The notes beneath the pieces were generated by a model. It was given only the letters and a program-made list of their open reading frames with translations. It did no database searches and was not told the DNA's origin. Of a DNA stretch of 64,000 bases, positions 1-14,021 are shown in pieces; within the stretch, counting starts at the first letter, position 1; each line of letters opens with the position of its first letter. The DNA is from Candidatus Limnocylindrales bacterium (lineage in GTDB: Bacteria; Chloroflexota; Limnocylindria; Limnocylindrales; CSP1-4): contig DATBKB010000013.1 of NCBI GenBank assembly GCA_036556145.1, positions 1,951 to 65,950 of the forward strand, in the 5' to 3' direction. A program made the translations under genes and the position numbers.

Positions 1-679
1 GGGTGCCCGGGTCGGGTAGGGGAGCGTCCGGCTCCAGGCCGGCCAGCTCGCGAGCGGTCACCGGCTCGAGGACCGAGAGGATGATCGTCCGCCCGAGGTA
101 CAGCTCGTGCGCGCCACCGAGGACGAGCGGCACGATCGGTGCGTTGCTACGCAGGGCGAAGTAGGCGACGCCGGCACTGAGCGGTCGCGCGCGCTCCACC
201 GGGACGGCCGGCCCGACCTCCGGAAACAGCCCGAACACCGCGCCGGAGTCGATGACCGACTTCGCGGCCGCCACGTGTTCCTCGAAGGCCGCCGGACCGC
301 GGCCCGGCCAGATCGGGACGACACCGCCGATCCGGTCGAAGACGAGCCGCCGAAGCCGCGATCGGTAGATCGCCCGACCGTCGCCGAGCCAGTTGATCCG
401 CGGCTCGATCGGCAGCAGCAGCGCGAGGACGAACGGGTCGATCCATGTTCGATGTGGGAGCCCGGCGGCGATCCAGCCGCCGGCCGGCGATCCGCCGGCT
501 CGGCGGGGGAGGCGTTCCGCGTGCTCGAGGACGAGCCGGAAGCCGAGCAGGCGCGCCACGCCGCGACAGAGCAGCAACAGGAATCGATAGAGCCGCGGTG
601 CGCGGGGGGACGCCTTGCCGACAAGCCCGCCCCGTCGCCCGGCCTGGCTTCGGTCGCGTCCGCGCGCGAGGTCGGGCAC
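1..679 (-). CDS. PlsC-type lysophospholipid acyltransferase family protein; the C-terminus runs off the window start
   Basis: The frame is open to position 1, so it is absent from the ORF track. My minus-strand translation reads ...APRLYRFLLLLCRGVARLLGFRLV...GGWIAAGLPHRTWIDPFVLALLLP...GAVFGLFPEVGPAVP...APIVPLVLGG... This shows the H-x4-D motif (HRTWID) and an FPEG-like motif, with GC-rich third codon positions. The GTG at 679 follows GGGAGAGG; an in-frame GTG at 694 is the alternative start. Confidence 0.75.
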   Translation of the reverse strand, partial: MPDLARGRDRSQAGRRGGLVGKASPRAPRLYRFLLLLCRGVARLLGFRLVLEHAERLPRRAGGSPAGGWIAAGLPHRTWIDPFVLALLLPIEPRINWLGDGRAIYRSRLRRLVFDRIGGVVPIWPGRGPAAFEEHVAAAKSVIDSGAVFGLFPEVGPAVPVERARPLSAGVAYFALRSNAPIVPLVLGGAHELYLGRTIILSVLEPVTARELAGLEPDAPLPDPGT

Positions 680-758
680 GGCTTCCTCTCCCACCGGCGC
701 GGCGACTCGAACGCCGACAGTTCGAGGATAGCGGGACACCCGGACCCGAGGGCGGCGG

Positions 759-764
759 TACAGT
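759..764 (+). promoter_or_regulatory. putative -10 hexamer (TACAGT) of a leaderless pyk transcript
   Basis: TACAGT is followed by 6 nt (cggccg) and then the pyk ATG at 771. There is no Shine-Dalgarno. Confidence 0.45.
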
Positions 765-770
765 CGGCCG

Positions 771-2174
771 ATGGCGGCACGTCGCGCGAAGCTCGTCTGC
801 ACGATCGGCCCGGCGACCGGCGAGCGGACCGCCGAGCTCGTCGCAGCGGGCATGGACGTCGCGCGGCTGAACTTCTCGCACGGTGCGCCCGAGACCCTCG
901 CGACATGGGCCTCCGCGGTCCGTCACGCGGCGAGCGATGCCCGCCGCTCGGTTGCGATCCTGGCCGACCTGCCCGGACCGAAGCTTCGAGTCGGTGACGT
1001 CAGGGAAGGCCGCGTCGAGATCCCGACCGACGGCCGGTTCGCGCTGCGGGTCGGGAGGGGAACGGGGGATGCGGGCGGGGCGTGGGTGGCCTACGACGCG
1101 CTCGGCCGGGACGTGCGTCCGGGCGATCGCGTCCTGCTGGCCGACGGCGCGGTCGAGCTGCGAGTCCGGACGGCGGCCAGGGACGTCGTCGAGACGGACG
1201 TCGTCCGCGGCGGCGCGATCCGGTCGCGCGCCGGCCTGAGCATCCCGTCGGAGCGGCTGTCGACGCCGGCAATGACCGAAGGCGACCTCGTCGCGCTCCC
1301 GCACGCCGTCGGTCTCGGCGCGGACTACCTCGCCCAGTCGTTCGTCCGCCGCGCGGCCGACGTCGAGGCGCTCCGCGAGCGGCTGGGTCGGGGCGGTCCG
1401 CCGATCGTCGCGAAGATCGAAACGCGCTCCGCCATCGACGACTTCGACGCGATCCTTGGTGTCGTGGACGCGGTGATGATCGCCCGCGGCGATCTGGGCG
1501 TGGAGTTGCCGTTCGAGGAGGTTCCGATCGTCCAGAAGCAGCTCGTCCGCCGCGCCCTGGACCGCGGCGTGCCGACGATCGTCGCGACGCAGATGCTCGA
1601 GTCGATGGTGACCTCCGCGCGCCCGACGCGAGCCGAGGCGAGTGACGTCGCGAACGCCATCTTCGACGGGGCGGACGCGATCATGCTGTCGGCCGAGACG
1701 GCGATCGGCGCCCATCCCGTCCTTGCCGCCGAGGCGGCAGCCCGCATTGCCCGGGTCTGCGAGGACCGCGGCCGCAAGTACCTCGCCCGCGGCGCGGCGT
1801 TCCCGCCGGGTTCGGATGCCGGCGCGATGGCGCTCGCGGCCGTGGCCGTGGCGGCTGCGGACGCGTCGGTCGCGGCGATCGCCTGCTACACCCGGACGGG
1901 ACGCACGGCACGGCTCCTCTCGGCGCTCCGACCCGGCGTCCCGATCCACGCGTTCTCGGATGAGCCCCACACGGTCAACCGGCTCGCCCTCGTCCACGGC
2001 ATCGCCCCCGCGGGGTGCCCGGCGCCGGCTGCGTCCGGCAGCCGCCTGGAGTGGCTCGCGCGGATCGTGGAACGGGCGTCAGTCGTCCCGCCCGGCTCCG
2101 TCGTCGCGCTCGTCGCCTCGAGCGCCGATCCCGGGACCGGCCCCAACCTGCTCGAGCTCCATCGCCTGCCGTGA
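771..2174 (+). CDS. pyk: pyruvate kinase
   Basis: 467-aa track ORF. KLVCTIGPA...MDVARLNFSHG, MIARGDLGVELP and ATQMLESM are pyruvate kinase signatures. Confidence 0.95.
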   Translation: MAARRAKLVCTIGPATGERTAELVAAGMDVARLNFSHGAPETLATWASAVRHAASDARRSVAILADLPGPKLRVGDVREGRVEIPTDGRFALRVGRGTGDAGGAWVAYDALGRDVRPGDRVLLADGAVELRVRTAARDVVETDVVRGGAIRSRAGLSIPSERLSTPAMTEGDLVALPHAVGLGADYLAQSFVRRAADVEALRERLGRGGPPIVAKIETRSAIDDFDAILGVVDAVMIARGDLGVELPFEEVPIVQKQLVRRALDRGVPTIVATQMLESMVTSARPTRAEASDVANAIFDGADAIMLSAETAIGAHPVLAAEAAARIARVCEDRGRKYLARGAAFPPGSDAGAMALAAVAVAAADASVAAIACYTRTGRTARLLSALRPGVPIHAFSDEPHTVNRLALVHGIAPAGCPAPAASGSRLEWLARIVERASVVPPGSVVALVASSADPGTGPNLLELHRLP

Positions 2175-3286
2175 AGCCGGCCCCGCTCCGCGTCTGGATC
2201 GAGCGCGACTACGACGGAGGCCGCTGGGGCGCATGGCTGCTCGACGTTCCGGGGGCGTTCGGCTGGGCGACCTCGCGGGCCCTCGCGGTGTCGCAGTCGC
2301 CGTCGACGCTCGGATGGTTCCGCGACTGGCTCGGCCGCCACGGCGAGCCGTGGCCGCTGCCGCCGGTCGAGCGGGTCGAGGAGGTCGAGGAGGTGGCCGC
2401 GACCGTCGTCGGCGGCTACGAGCGGAACGCGACGTTCGGGCAGGACGCTCGCGCGGTGACCGGCGACGAGGTCGAGGCCGCCATCCGCCGGCTCGGCTAC
2501 GCCCGTCAGGATCTGCTGGCAATCGCCGCGCAGGTCCGCGACCGCGAGCGTCGTTCGGGGCCGCTGCCGACCGATGCCGGCGAGCGGACCGCGGACGAGG
2601 TCCTCCGCCATATCGCCGGCGCCGAGGCCTGGCTCGGCAGCCGCCTCGATCCCGACGCGCGCTTCGAGGGCCCGCCGAGGGAGGGCGACGCGCTGGCCTA
2701 CCTCGACGCGACCCGGGCCTGGGCGATGGAGAACCTGCGGCGGCTCCACGCGAGCGATCCTGCCGCGTCGAGAACCGACAGCAAGGGCGAGAGCTGGACC
2801 CTCGCCAAGGTCGTTCGCCGCTACCTCTATCACTCGATCGACCATCTGCGCGAGCTGGATCGCCGCCTCGGCCGGGCAGAACGGCGCGACGAGCGTCTCG
2901 CCATCCGTCGCGATCGCCTGACCGACGTCGAGCCCCTCGTCCGCCTCCTGCACTCAGTGGGCTGGGACCGGCGCGCGCTCGACGAGCCCCGGCTCGAGCG
3001 GGCGATCGCGGCCAGCCACGCGATGATCGGCGCCTGGGACGGCGACGAGCTCGTCGGCTTCACCCGCGAGCTCGGCGACGGGGAGATGAATGCGTACCTC
3101 TCGATGATCGTCGTCGATCCCCGCTGGCAGGGCTACGGGATCGCCGACCGGCTCGTCCGGGCGGTCATGGAAGGCCGCTCGGACGTGCGATTCACGCTCG
3201 CCGCCGCGGACGGCGTCGACGAGTACTACCGCCGGTTCGGCTTCGAGCCGGATCGCCACGCGATGGTCCGCCGCCGCCGGGATTAG
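2171..3286 (+). CDS. three-module fusion protein: HicB/UPF0150-like N-terminus, DinB-like helical domain, C-terminal GNAT acetyltransferase
   Basis: An in-frame GTG at 2171 overlaps the pyk stop (GTGA). The translation shows LRVWIERDYDGGRWGAWLLDVPGAFGWATS (HicB-like). It then shows LRHIAGAEAW...YLYHSIDHLREL (DinB-type His pattern). It ends with VVDPRWQGYGIADRL...YYRRFGFE (GNAT motif A and C-terminus). Confidence 0.7.
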   Translation: MKPAPLRVWIERDYDGGRWGAWLLDVPGAFGWATSRALAVSQSPSTLGWFRDWLGRHGEPWPLPPVERVEEVEEVAATVVGGYERNATFGQDARAVTGDEVEAAIRRLGYARQDLLAIAAQVRDRERRSGPLPTDAGERTADEVLRHIAGAEAWLGSRLDPDARFEGPPREGDALAYLDATRAWAMENLRRLHASDPAASRTDSKGESWTLAKVVRRYLYHSIDHLRELDRRLGRAERRDERLAIRRDRLTDVEPLVRLLHSVGWDRRALDEPRLERAIAASHAMIGAWDGDELVGFTRELGDGEMNAYLSMIVVDPRWQGYGIADRLVRAVMEGRSDVRFTLAAADGVDEYYRRFGFEPDRHAMVRRRRD

Positions 3287-3322
3287 CGGAAACGCCGGCA
3301 GATACCTGTCAGGATTCGTCCT

Positions 3323-3334
3323 GAACGGCCGTTC
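3323..3334. promoter_or_regulatory. candidate LexA (SOS) box, GAAC-N4-GTTC
   Basis: GAACGGCCGTTC is a perfect 12-bp palindrome about 20 nt upstream of the putative uvrA -10, overlapping the expected -35 region. Confidence 0.6.
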
Positions 3335-3352
3335 TAATTGTCGCGAAACGCG

Positions 3353-3358
3353 TACACT
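3353..3358 (+). promoter_or_regulatory. putative -10 hexamer (TACACT) for uvrA
   Basis: TACACT is followed by 9 nt and then the ATG at 3368. There is no Shine-Dalgarno. Confidence 0.4.
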
Positions 3359-3367
3359 GGATCGGTC

Positions 3368-6424
<3,057 letters not shown>

Positions 6425-6547
6425 CCCGCCCTCGACACCGGGCTCGTCGCGTCGCGGCCGGCCCTCGCGTCGCCCCCGTCTCCGGGCGCGAGCTCGGGTT
6501 GTGGAAACGCTCTCTTGACATCGCTGCTATCGTGGCGCCATCGAACG

Positions 6548-6563
6548 GTGAGAGCGCTCTCAC
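6548..6563. promoter_or_regulatory. candidate LacI-family operator (CebR/CelR-like palindrome)
   Basis: GTGAGAGCGCTCTCAC is a perfect 16-bp palindrome 24 nt upstream of the regulator start. Its core TGAGAGCGCTCTCA differs at one position per half-site from TGGGAGCGCTCCCA. A partial right half-site, ACGCTCTC, lies at about 6507-6514. Confidence 0.6.
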
Positions 6564-6586
6564 GATTGCGCTCGGAGAGGGTTCAC

Positions 6587-7633
6587 GTGGCAGAGCCGAA
6601 CGGCGGCAACGGGCGCGGCGCGACCCTCGAGGAGGTCGCCCGGGCGGCCGGGGTGTCGCGGGCGACCGTGTCCCGTGTCGTCAACGGCAACACGAAGGTC
6701 AGCCCCGCGGTCCGGCGGCTCGTCGAGCGCGAGGTCGCCCGCCTCGGCTACGTGCCGAACCCGGCGGCCCGAAGTCTCGTCACGCGGCGGAGCCAGTCGG
6801 TCGGCCTGGTCATCGGCGAGCCCGCCGCCCGGCTCTTCGAGGACCCCTTCTTCCCGCGGCTCATCCGGAGCATCGGCGCCGAGCTCGCGAGCCGCGAGCT
6901 GCAACTCGTGCTGCTCATGCCGCTGTCGCCGGCGGAGGAGAGTCGCATCGAGCGCTACCTGACGGCCGGTCACGTCGATTCCGTCCTGCTGGTGTCGCTC
7001 CACGGCGACGATCCGTTGCCCGCGGCCCTCGCCCGGCGCGGCATCCCGGTCGTCGTCGGAGGCCGCCCGCCGGCCAGTGCCGATGTGAGCTACGTCGACG
7101 TCGACAACGTCCAGGGCGCGCGGAGCGCCGTCGAGCACCTCCTGAAGCGGGGACGCCGTGTCGTCGCGACGATCGCCGGCCCGCTCGACATGGGCGCCGG
7201 CACGGATCGTCTCGCGGGCTATCGCCAGGCCCTCGACGCGGCAGGCCGTCAGCGCGACGCCGGTCTCGAAGCGGTCGGTGACTTCACCCAGCACGGCGGC
7301 GAGTCGGCGATGCGCCGGATCCTGGCCGCTCGGCCAGACGTCGACGGTGTCTTCGCGGCCTCGGATCTCATGGCCGCCGGTGCGATCCGGGCCCTGCGCG
7401 AGGCCGGCCGGCGTGTGCCGGACGACGTCGCACTCGTCGGCTTCGACGATTCGCCGATCGCCACGACCACGGAGCCGCAGCTGACGAGCGTCCGCCAGCC
7501 GATCGAGGAGATGGGCCGCGAGATGGTTCGGCTGCTCGATCACGCCCGCCCCGCGGGCGGCGTGGCACGCCGGGTCGTCCTCGCGACGCAGCTGGTCCCA
7601 CGGCACTCGAGCGAGGGAGGGCCGGCCAGCTAG
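6587..7633 (+). CDS. LacI family transcriptional regulator
   Basis: ATLEEVARAAGVSRATVSRVVNG is the HTH, followed by a periplasmic-binding-protein-like sugar-binding core. The GTG at 6587 follows GGAGAGG. The track ORF begins at a TTG at 6515. Confidence 0.9.
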   Translation: MAEPNGGNGRGATLEEVARAAGVSRATVSRVVNGNTKVSPAVRRLVEREVARLGYVPNPAARSLVTRRSQSVGLVIGEPAARLFEDPFFPRLIRSIGAELASRELQLVLLMPLSPAEESRIERYLTAGHVDSVLLVSLHGDDPLPAALARRGIPVVVGGRPPASADVSYVDVDNVQGARSAVEHLLKRGRRVVATIAGPLDMGAGTDRLAGYRQALDAAGRQRDAGLEAVGDFTQHGGESAMRRILAARPDVDGVFAASDLMAAGAIRALREAGRRVPDDVALVGFDDSPIATTTEPQLTSVRQPIEEMGREMVRLLDHARPAGGVARRVVLATQLVPRHSSEGGPAS

Positions 7634-7688
7634 AGAGAGACATCGATTCGGAGGGGCGCGCAAGCGGTAGGAACCAAGGAGGAGTGAC

Positions 7689-9164
<1,476 letters not shown>

Positions 9165-9177
9165 GCCGGACCGAACG

Positions 9178-9206
9178 GGGCGCGCGGAGACCCCCGCCGC
9201 GCGCCC
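9178..9206 (+). other. GC-rich stem-loop between the SBP and permease genes (intra-operon RNA hairpin)
   Basis: GGGCGCGCGG, a 9-nt loop, then CCGCGCGCCC gives a 10-bp perfect stem 14 nt after the SBP stop. There is no U tract, so this is not a canonical terminator. Confidence 0.5.
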
Positions 9207-9235
9207 TGTCGTCCCGGGGGCCACGAGGCGACGGC

Positions 9236-10189
9236 ATGAGCACGTCGAGTCCGGGCTTCGTCGTCCCGACGACCCTCGTCCATCCCGGCCGCGTCCGTGG
9301 TGGCCTCGCCCGCCGCGAGGAGATCTGGGGCTACGTCTTCATCTCGCCATGGATCATCGGCTTCGCGCTGTTCACGTTCCTGCCGATGGCCGCGGCGGCG
9401 GTCTTCAGCCTCACGGATTTCGACCTGCGGCGACCCGATGACATCCGGTTCATCGGGCTGGCGAACTACGAGCGACTGCTGACCGACCCGGTCGTTGCCC
9501 AGTCGATCGGAGTGACGCTCCGGTTCATCGCGATCACCGTGCCGCTCAATCTCGTCGTCGCGCTGGGCCTGGCGTTGCTCCTGAACTCGCCACGGGTCGC
9601 CGGCAAGCCGCTCCTCCGGACACTCTTCTACATGCCGATCCAGATCCCGCTCGTCGCGGCGACCCTCATCTGGGCGGGCGTCCTCAACGGCTCGAGCGGC
9701 TGGGTCAACACGATCCTCGGAGTGATCGGGATCAACGGTCCTGACTGGATCGGCGACTCGTCGTGGGTCCTCGTGACGCTCGCGCTCATCGGCGTCTGGA
9801 GCGTCGGCAACATGATGCTGATCTTCGTCGCCGGGCTCCAGGGCGTGCCGAGCGAGCTCTACGACGCGGCCCGCGTCGACGGCGCCGGGACGTGGCGGAC
9901 GTTCCGCAGCGTCACCCTGCCGCTCATCACGCCGATCCTCTTCTACAACCTGCTGATCAGCCTCGTCACGAGCTTCCAGACGTTCATCCAGGCGTTCGTC
10001 CTCAAGAACGGCGTCCCGGACGCGGCGACGAACCTCTTCAACCTCAACCTCTACCGGCAGGCGTTCTCGTTCAACCAGATGGGCTACGCATCGGGCCTGG
10101 CCTGGGTCCTCTTCGCGGTGATCCTCGGCGTGACCGTGATCCTCTTCTGGTCGTCGCGCCGCTGGGTGTACTACGCGGCCGAGCGATGA
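9236..10189 (+). CDS. sugar ABC transporter permease (MalF/UgpA-like)
   Basis: 317 aa, multi-TM, with the EAA-type loop YDAARVDGAGTWRTFRSVTLPL. Confidence 0.9.
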   Translation: MSTSSPGFVVPTTLVHPGRVRGGLARREEIWGYVFISPWIIGFALFTFLPMAAAAVFSLTDFDLRRPDDIRFIGLANYERLLTDPVVAQSIGVTLRFIAITVPLNLVVALGLALLLNSPRVAGKPLLRTLFYMPIQIPLVAATLIWAGVLNGSSGWVNTILGVIGINGPDWIGDSSWVLVTLALIGVWSVGNMMLIFVAGLQGVPSELYDAARVDGAGTWRTFRSVTLPLITPILFYNLLISLVTSFQTFIQAFVLKNGVPDAATNLFNLNLYRQAFSFNQMGYASGLAWVLFAVILGVTVILFWSSRRWVYYAAER

Positions 10190-11253
10190 CGGCGATCGCG
10201 CTCTCCCGTCCCGCCGGCTCGCCGCGACGCCGCCTCCGCCGGTCCGGCGCGCGCGTCGGGATGACGCTCGTCGCGGTCGCCGTCCTCGGTGCGTTCCTCA
10301 TGCCGCTGCTCTACATGGCGGTGACGTCGCTCAAGGACCAGGCCCAGATCACGGACTCGTCGGCGCCCTTCTACCCGGTCACGCAGCGAGCCTTCGAATA
10401 CGAGGGCCAGCCCCTGCCGGTCTACGTCGTGCCGCTCGACGGCGGGGCGCGGGAGCTGGCGATCGTGCGCAAGGGGCGAGAGGACTCGGACTTCGTCGAT
10501 CCGGCCAACCCGGCCGCCGGAATCATCAACTGGCAGGGCCGCTGGCGGACGCTCGATCCGGCGTACAGCGTCGATCCGAAGACCGAGAACTTCGCCAAGG
10601 TCTGGGAGGAGATCGACTTCCCGAAGCTCCTGCGGAACACGCTGGTCATCGCGCTCGTGAGCACGATCGGGGCCGTGGCGTCCGCGATCGTGGTCGCCTA
10701 CGGGTTCAGCCGCTTCCGCTTCCGGTTCCGCGGCGGGCTGTTCATCGTGCTGCTGGCGACGATCATGCTGTCGCAGCAGGCCACGCTCGTTCCCTCGTAC
10801 ATCATCTACTCGCGCATCGGCTGGGCCGGCACGTGGCTGCCGCTGATCGTGCCCCACTTCTTCGCCAATGCCTACAACGTCTTCCTGCTGCGGCAGTACT
10901 TCATGACGATCCCGCGCGACCTCGACGAGGCCGCGATGATCGACGGCGCAAGCCCGTTCCGGGTGCTCCGTTCGGTCATCGTGCCGCAGGCGATCCCCGC
11001 GATCGTCGCGGTCTCGCTCTTCCACTTCTTCTATGCCTGGAACGAGTTCCTCCTCGCGCTCGTCTACGTCGGCGGCGTGCCGGACCTCTGGCCGCTGACG
11101 CTCGGCATCCAGCAGTACGCCGCCCTGTACGTGACGCGGGTGCCGCTCGTCCAGGCAAGCGCGATCCTCACGATCGCGGTCCCGGTCGTGGTGTTCTTCC
11201 TCGCCCAGCGCGCGTTCATGCGCGGTGTCGTCATCACCGGCGTCGAGAAGTGA
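10186..11253 (+). CDS. sugar ABC transporter permease (MalG/UgpE-like)
   Basis: An in-frame ATG at 10186 overlaps the upstream stop (ATGA). EAA loop: LDEAAMIDGASPFRVLRSVIVPQ. Confidence 0.9.
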   Translation: MTAIALSRPAGSPRRRLRRSGARVGMTLVAVAVLGAFLMPLLYMAVTSLKDQAQITDSSAPFYPVTQRAFEYEGQPLPVYVVPLDGGARELAIVRKGREDSDFVDPANPAAGIINWQGRWRTLDPAYSVDPKTENFAKVWEEIDFPKLLRNTLVIALVSTIGAVASAIVVAYGFSRFRFRFRGGLFIVLLATIMLSQQATLVPSYIIYSRIGWAGTWLPLIVPHFFANAYNVFLLRQYFMTIPRDLDEAAMIDGASPFRVLRSVIVPQAIPAIVAVSLFHFFYAWNEFLLALVYVGGVPDLWPLTLGIQQYAALYVTRVPLVQASAILTIAVPVVVFFLAQRAFMRGVVITGVEK

Positions 11254-13568
11254 CGCGCGAGACGACGCTCCCGCCGGCGATCGAGTGGCCGCGCATTCCG
11301 GCGGTCGCCTGGCGGCGTGGCATCGGGCTGCCGTATGAGCCGGCACCGCGTCCGCGCGTCAGCACGCAGCTCGTCGACGACGGGCCGTGGGCCGGCGTGC
11401 CCGTCGGCGGCATGGGTGCCGGAAGCATCGGCCGCACGTATCGCGGCGACTTCCGCCGCTGGCACCTGACGATCGGCGAGCATCGAGTCGACGAGCGACC
11501 GCTCGACGGGTTCTCGCTGTTCGTCGGGCGAGGCCGCGCCACGGCGGCGGTCGGGCTGTCGACGCTGGAAGCGCCGGCTCGCCCGGCGCTCGGGGTGGGG
11601 CAGGGCACGTACCACGCGCTCTTTCCGCGGGCCTGGTTCGAGCACGACCTGCCGGACCTCGGGATCCGGCTCGTCGAGGAGCAGTTGTCGCCGGTCATCC
11701 CGGGCGACTACGAATCGTCGGCCTTGCCGGTCGGGATCTTCACGTTCACGTTGGAGAACGTTGGTCCGGATCCGGCCCGCGTCGGCTTGATGTTCGGCTG
11801 GCAGGACGACCTCGCCCGCGAGCGTGGCGTGGCCGGTCCCGGCCGGCACGACCGGTGTGCGACGGCGGGCGCGACCGGCGTTCGCATGACCGCGCCGGCC
11901 GCACCGGATGGTCAGCCGGCCTCCCTTGCGATCGCGGCCGGCACGTCCGGAGACGTCGCCGTGACGACGGCATCGGGTCGGCCGCTGATCGCGGCGGACG
12001 GGATCTGGCACGACTTCGCTTCGGACGGGGCGCTCGACGGCGACGCCGGCGCGAGCGATGGGGTGGGGGAACCGGAGCTGGCCGCCGTGGCCGCCACGGT
12101 CGAGGTTCCCCCGGGTGAGCGGCGGCAGCTCGTGTTCGCCCTCGCCTGGGACCTTCCATACGGCCTCTTCGGCCCCGGGGTGCGCTTCGCCCGACGCCAC
12201 ACGCTCCGGTACGGCACCGCCGGCGAAGCGGCGTTCGACATCGCAGGTGACGCACTCGCCGAGCGCGACGGGTGGCGTGCCGCCATCGAGGCGTGGCAGC
12301 GTCCCATCCTCGAGGACTCGCGTCGGCCCGACTGGTACAAGGCGGCGCTCTTCAACGAGCTGTACCTGCTCGTCGACGGGGGAACGATCTGGACGGCCGA
12401 CGGTCCGGCGGACGGTGCGGACGGCACGGGACGCGGTCACGGTGCGAACGACGTCGGTCGGTTCGCGCTCCTCGAGTCGGTCGACTACCGGTACTACAAC
12501 ACGCTCGACGTCGACTTCTACGCGTCGTTCGCCCTGCTCCGGCTGTGGCCGCAGCTCGAGCTGTCCGTGGCTCGGGCGTTCGTGCCGACGGTCGCGCTCG
12601 ACGACCGCCAGCCCGTCCGCATCGTCGCGAGTGGCGCGCGAAGCGTCCGAAAGGTCGCCGGGGCGGTGCCACACGATCTCGGCGGTCCCGATGAGGCGCC
12701 CTTCGAGCGGCCGAATCGGTACGACTTCCAGGACGTCAACGTGTGGAAGGATCTGAACCCGAAGCTCGTGCTTCGGCTGTGGCGCGACGCGGTCGCCTCG
12801 GGCGATACGGATGTCGTCCGCGACGCATGGCCCGCGATCCGGCAGGCGATGGCGTTCATCGAGGCGATGGACCGCGACGGCGACGGGCTGCCCGAGCACG
12901 ACGGGATCCCGGACCAGACATACGACACATGGCCGATGTCGGGGCCGAGCGCGTACGGAGGATCGCTCTGGCTCGCCGCCCTCACGGCGGCGTCGCGGAT
13001 CGGGAGCGCCTGCGGTGATCTCGACGCGGCGGATCGGTTCGCGCGCCTCGCGCAGCGGGCGAAGGAACGATTCGAGGCGCTCCTGTGGCGCGGCGATCGG
13101 TACGCGTTCGATGCGACGTCGGACACCGTGATGGCCGACCAGCTCGTCGGGCAGTGGTACGCCGATGCGTCCGGCCTCGGCGACCTGCTCGACCGCGCCC
13201 GTGTCGAGACGGCGCTGAGGACGATCCATCGTTTGAACGTGCGGTCGTTCGCGGGCGGCTCGATGGGCCCGGTGAACGGGATGCTCCCCGACGGCCGCGT
13301 CGACACGAGCAGCGAGCAATCGCAGGAGGTGTGGACCGGCACGGCGTATGCCCTGGCCGCGTTCATGATCGGGCGCGGGCTCGCGGACGAAGGCTGGGAG
13401 ACGGCGCGGGGCGTCGCCGACGTGACCTACCGGCGCGGCCTGTGGTTCCGGACCCCGGAGGCCTATGACGAGCGTGGCGACTTCCGCGCGAGCATCTATC
13501 TTCGCCCGCTCGCGATCTGGGCCATCGAGGAGGCGCTCGAGCGCGTCGGTGCGACGGACCGCGGGTAG
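11250..13568 (+). CDS. GH116-type beta-glucosidase / glucosylceramidase (GBA2-like)
   Basis: A GTG at 11250 overlaps the permease stop (GTGA). The N-terminal domain (GVPVGGMGAGSIGRTYRGDFRRWHL) and a long C-terminal (alpha/alpha)6-like region are typical of bacterial GBA2/GH116 proteins. Confidence 0.8.
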   Translation: MTRETTLPPAIEWPRIPAVAWRRGIGLPYEPAPRPRVSTQLVDDGPWAGVPVGGMGAGSIGRTYRGDFRRWHLTIGEHRVDERPLDGFSLFVGRGRATAAVGLSTLEAPARPALGVGQGTYHALFPRAWFEHDLPDLGIRLVEEQLSPVIPGDYESSALPVGIFTFTLENVGPDPARVGLMFGWQDDLARERGVAGPGRHDRCATAGATGVRMTAPAAPDGQPASLAIAAGTSGDVAVTTASGRPLIAADGIWHDFASDGALDGDAGASDGVGEPELAAVAATVEVPPGERRQLVFALAWDLPYGLFGPGVRFARRHTLRYGTAGEAAFDIAGDALAERDGWRAAIEAWQRPILEDSRRPDWYKAALFNELYLLVDGGTIWTADGPADGADGTGRGHGANDVGRFALLESVDYRYYNTLDVDFYASFALLRLWPQLELSVARAFVPTVALDDRQPVRIVASGARSVRKVAGAVPHDLGGPDEAPFERPNRYDFQDVNVWKDLNPKLVLRLWRDAVASGDTDVVRDAWPAIRQAMAFIEAMDRDGDGLPEHDGIPDQTYDTWPMSGPSAYGGSLWLAALTAASRIGSACGDLDAADRFARLAQRAKERFEALLWRGDRYAFDATSDTVMADQLVGQWYADASGLGDLLDRARVETALRTIHRLNVRSFAGGSMGPVNGMLPDGRVDTSSEQSQEVWTGTAYALAAFMIGRGLADEGWETARGVADVTYRRGLWFRTPEAYDERGDFRASIYLRPLAIWAIEEALERVGATDRG

Positions 13569-13571
13569 CAT
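13566..13571 (+). promoter_or_regulatory. putative -10 hexamer (TAGCAT) of a leaderless transcript
   Basis: TAGCAT, whose TAG is the GH116 stop codon, is followed by 6 nt (gggccg) and the GTG at 13578. Confidence 0.4.
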
Positions 13572-13577
13572 GGGCCG

Positions 13578-14021
13578 GTGCCCGAGATCGAGTACGCCTT
13601 CCTCGCGGACGCGGCGCAGATCGCGCCCGGCCAGAAGTTCCATGTCATCGGCGGCGGCGTCAACCGCCTCGGTGGACGGACGTTCCCGCTCCGGCATCCC
13701 CATCTCGCGCTCGTCGTCGGGCTGTCACTGAGCTCGCCCGAGAAGGGTCGGCCACACGAGATTCGTTTCGTCCTGCTCGACCCGGATGGCCGCGAGGTCG
13801 CCGGGGCGACGGGGCAGCTCGTCGCCCACGGCCCGGCCGACCCCGGCGACACGACGCTGACGTTCTCGATCGACCTGTGGAACCTGGCCTTCCCGGCACC
13901 TGGTGACTACTCGTTCCGGCTTCTCGTCAACGGGTCGGAGCGGAAGCGACTGCCGCTCGTCGTCGCGCGCCTCCCGGAGGCGGAGGGCAGCCCGCCGTCG
14001 GAGCGTCGATTCGATGCGTGA
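13578..14021 (+). CDS. hypothetical protein (small beta-rich, about 147 aa)
   Basis: Track ORF with GC3-rich codons. MPEIEYAFLADAAQIAPGQKFHVIGGGV... I recognise no catalytic motif. Confidence 0.6.
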   Translation: MPEIEYAFLADAAQIAPGQKFHVIGGGVNRLGGRTFPLRHPHLALVVGLSLSSPEKGRPHEIRFVLLDPDGREVAGATGQLVAHGPADPGDTTLTFSIDLWNLAFPAPGDYSFRLLVNGSERKRLPLVVARLPEAEGSPPSERRFDA

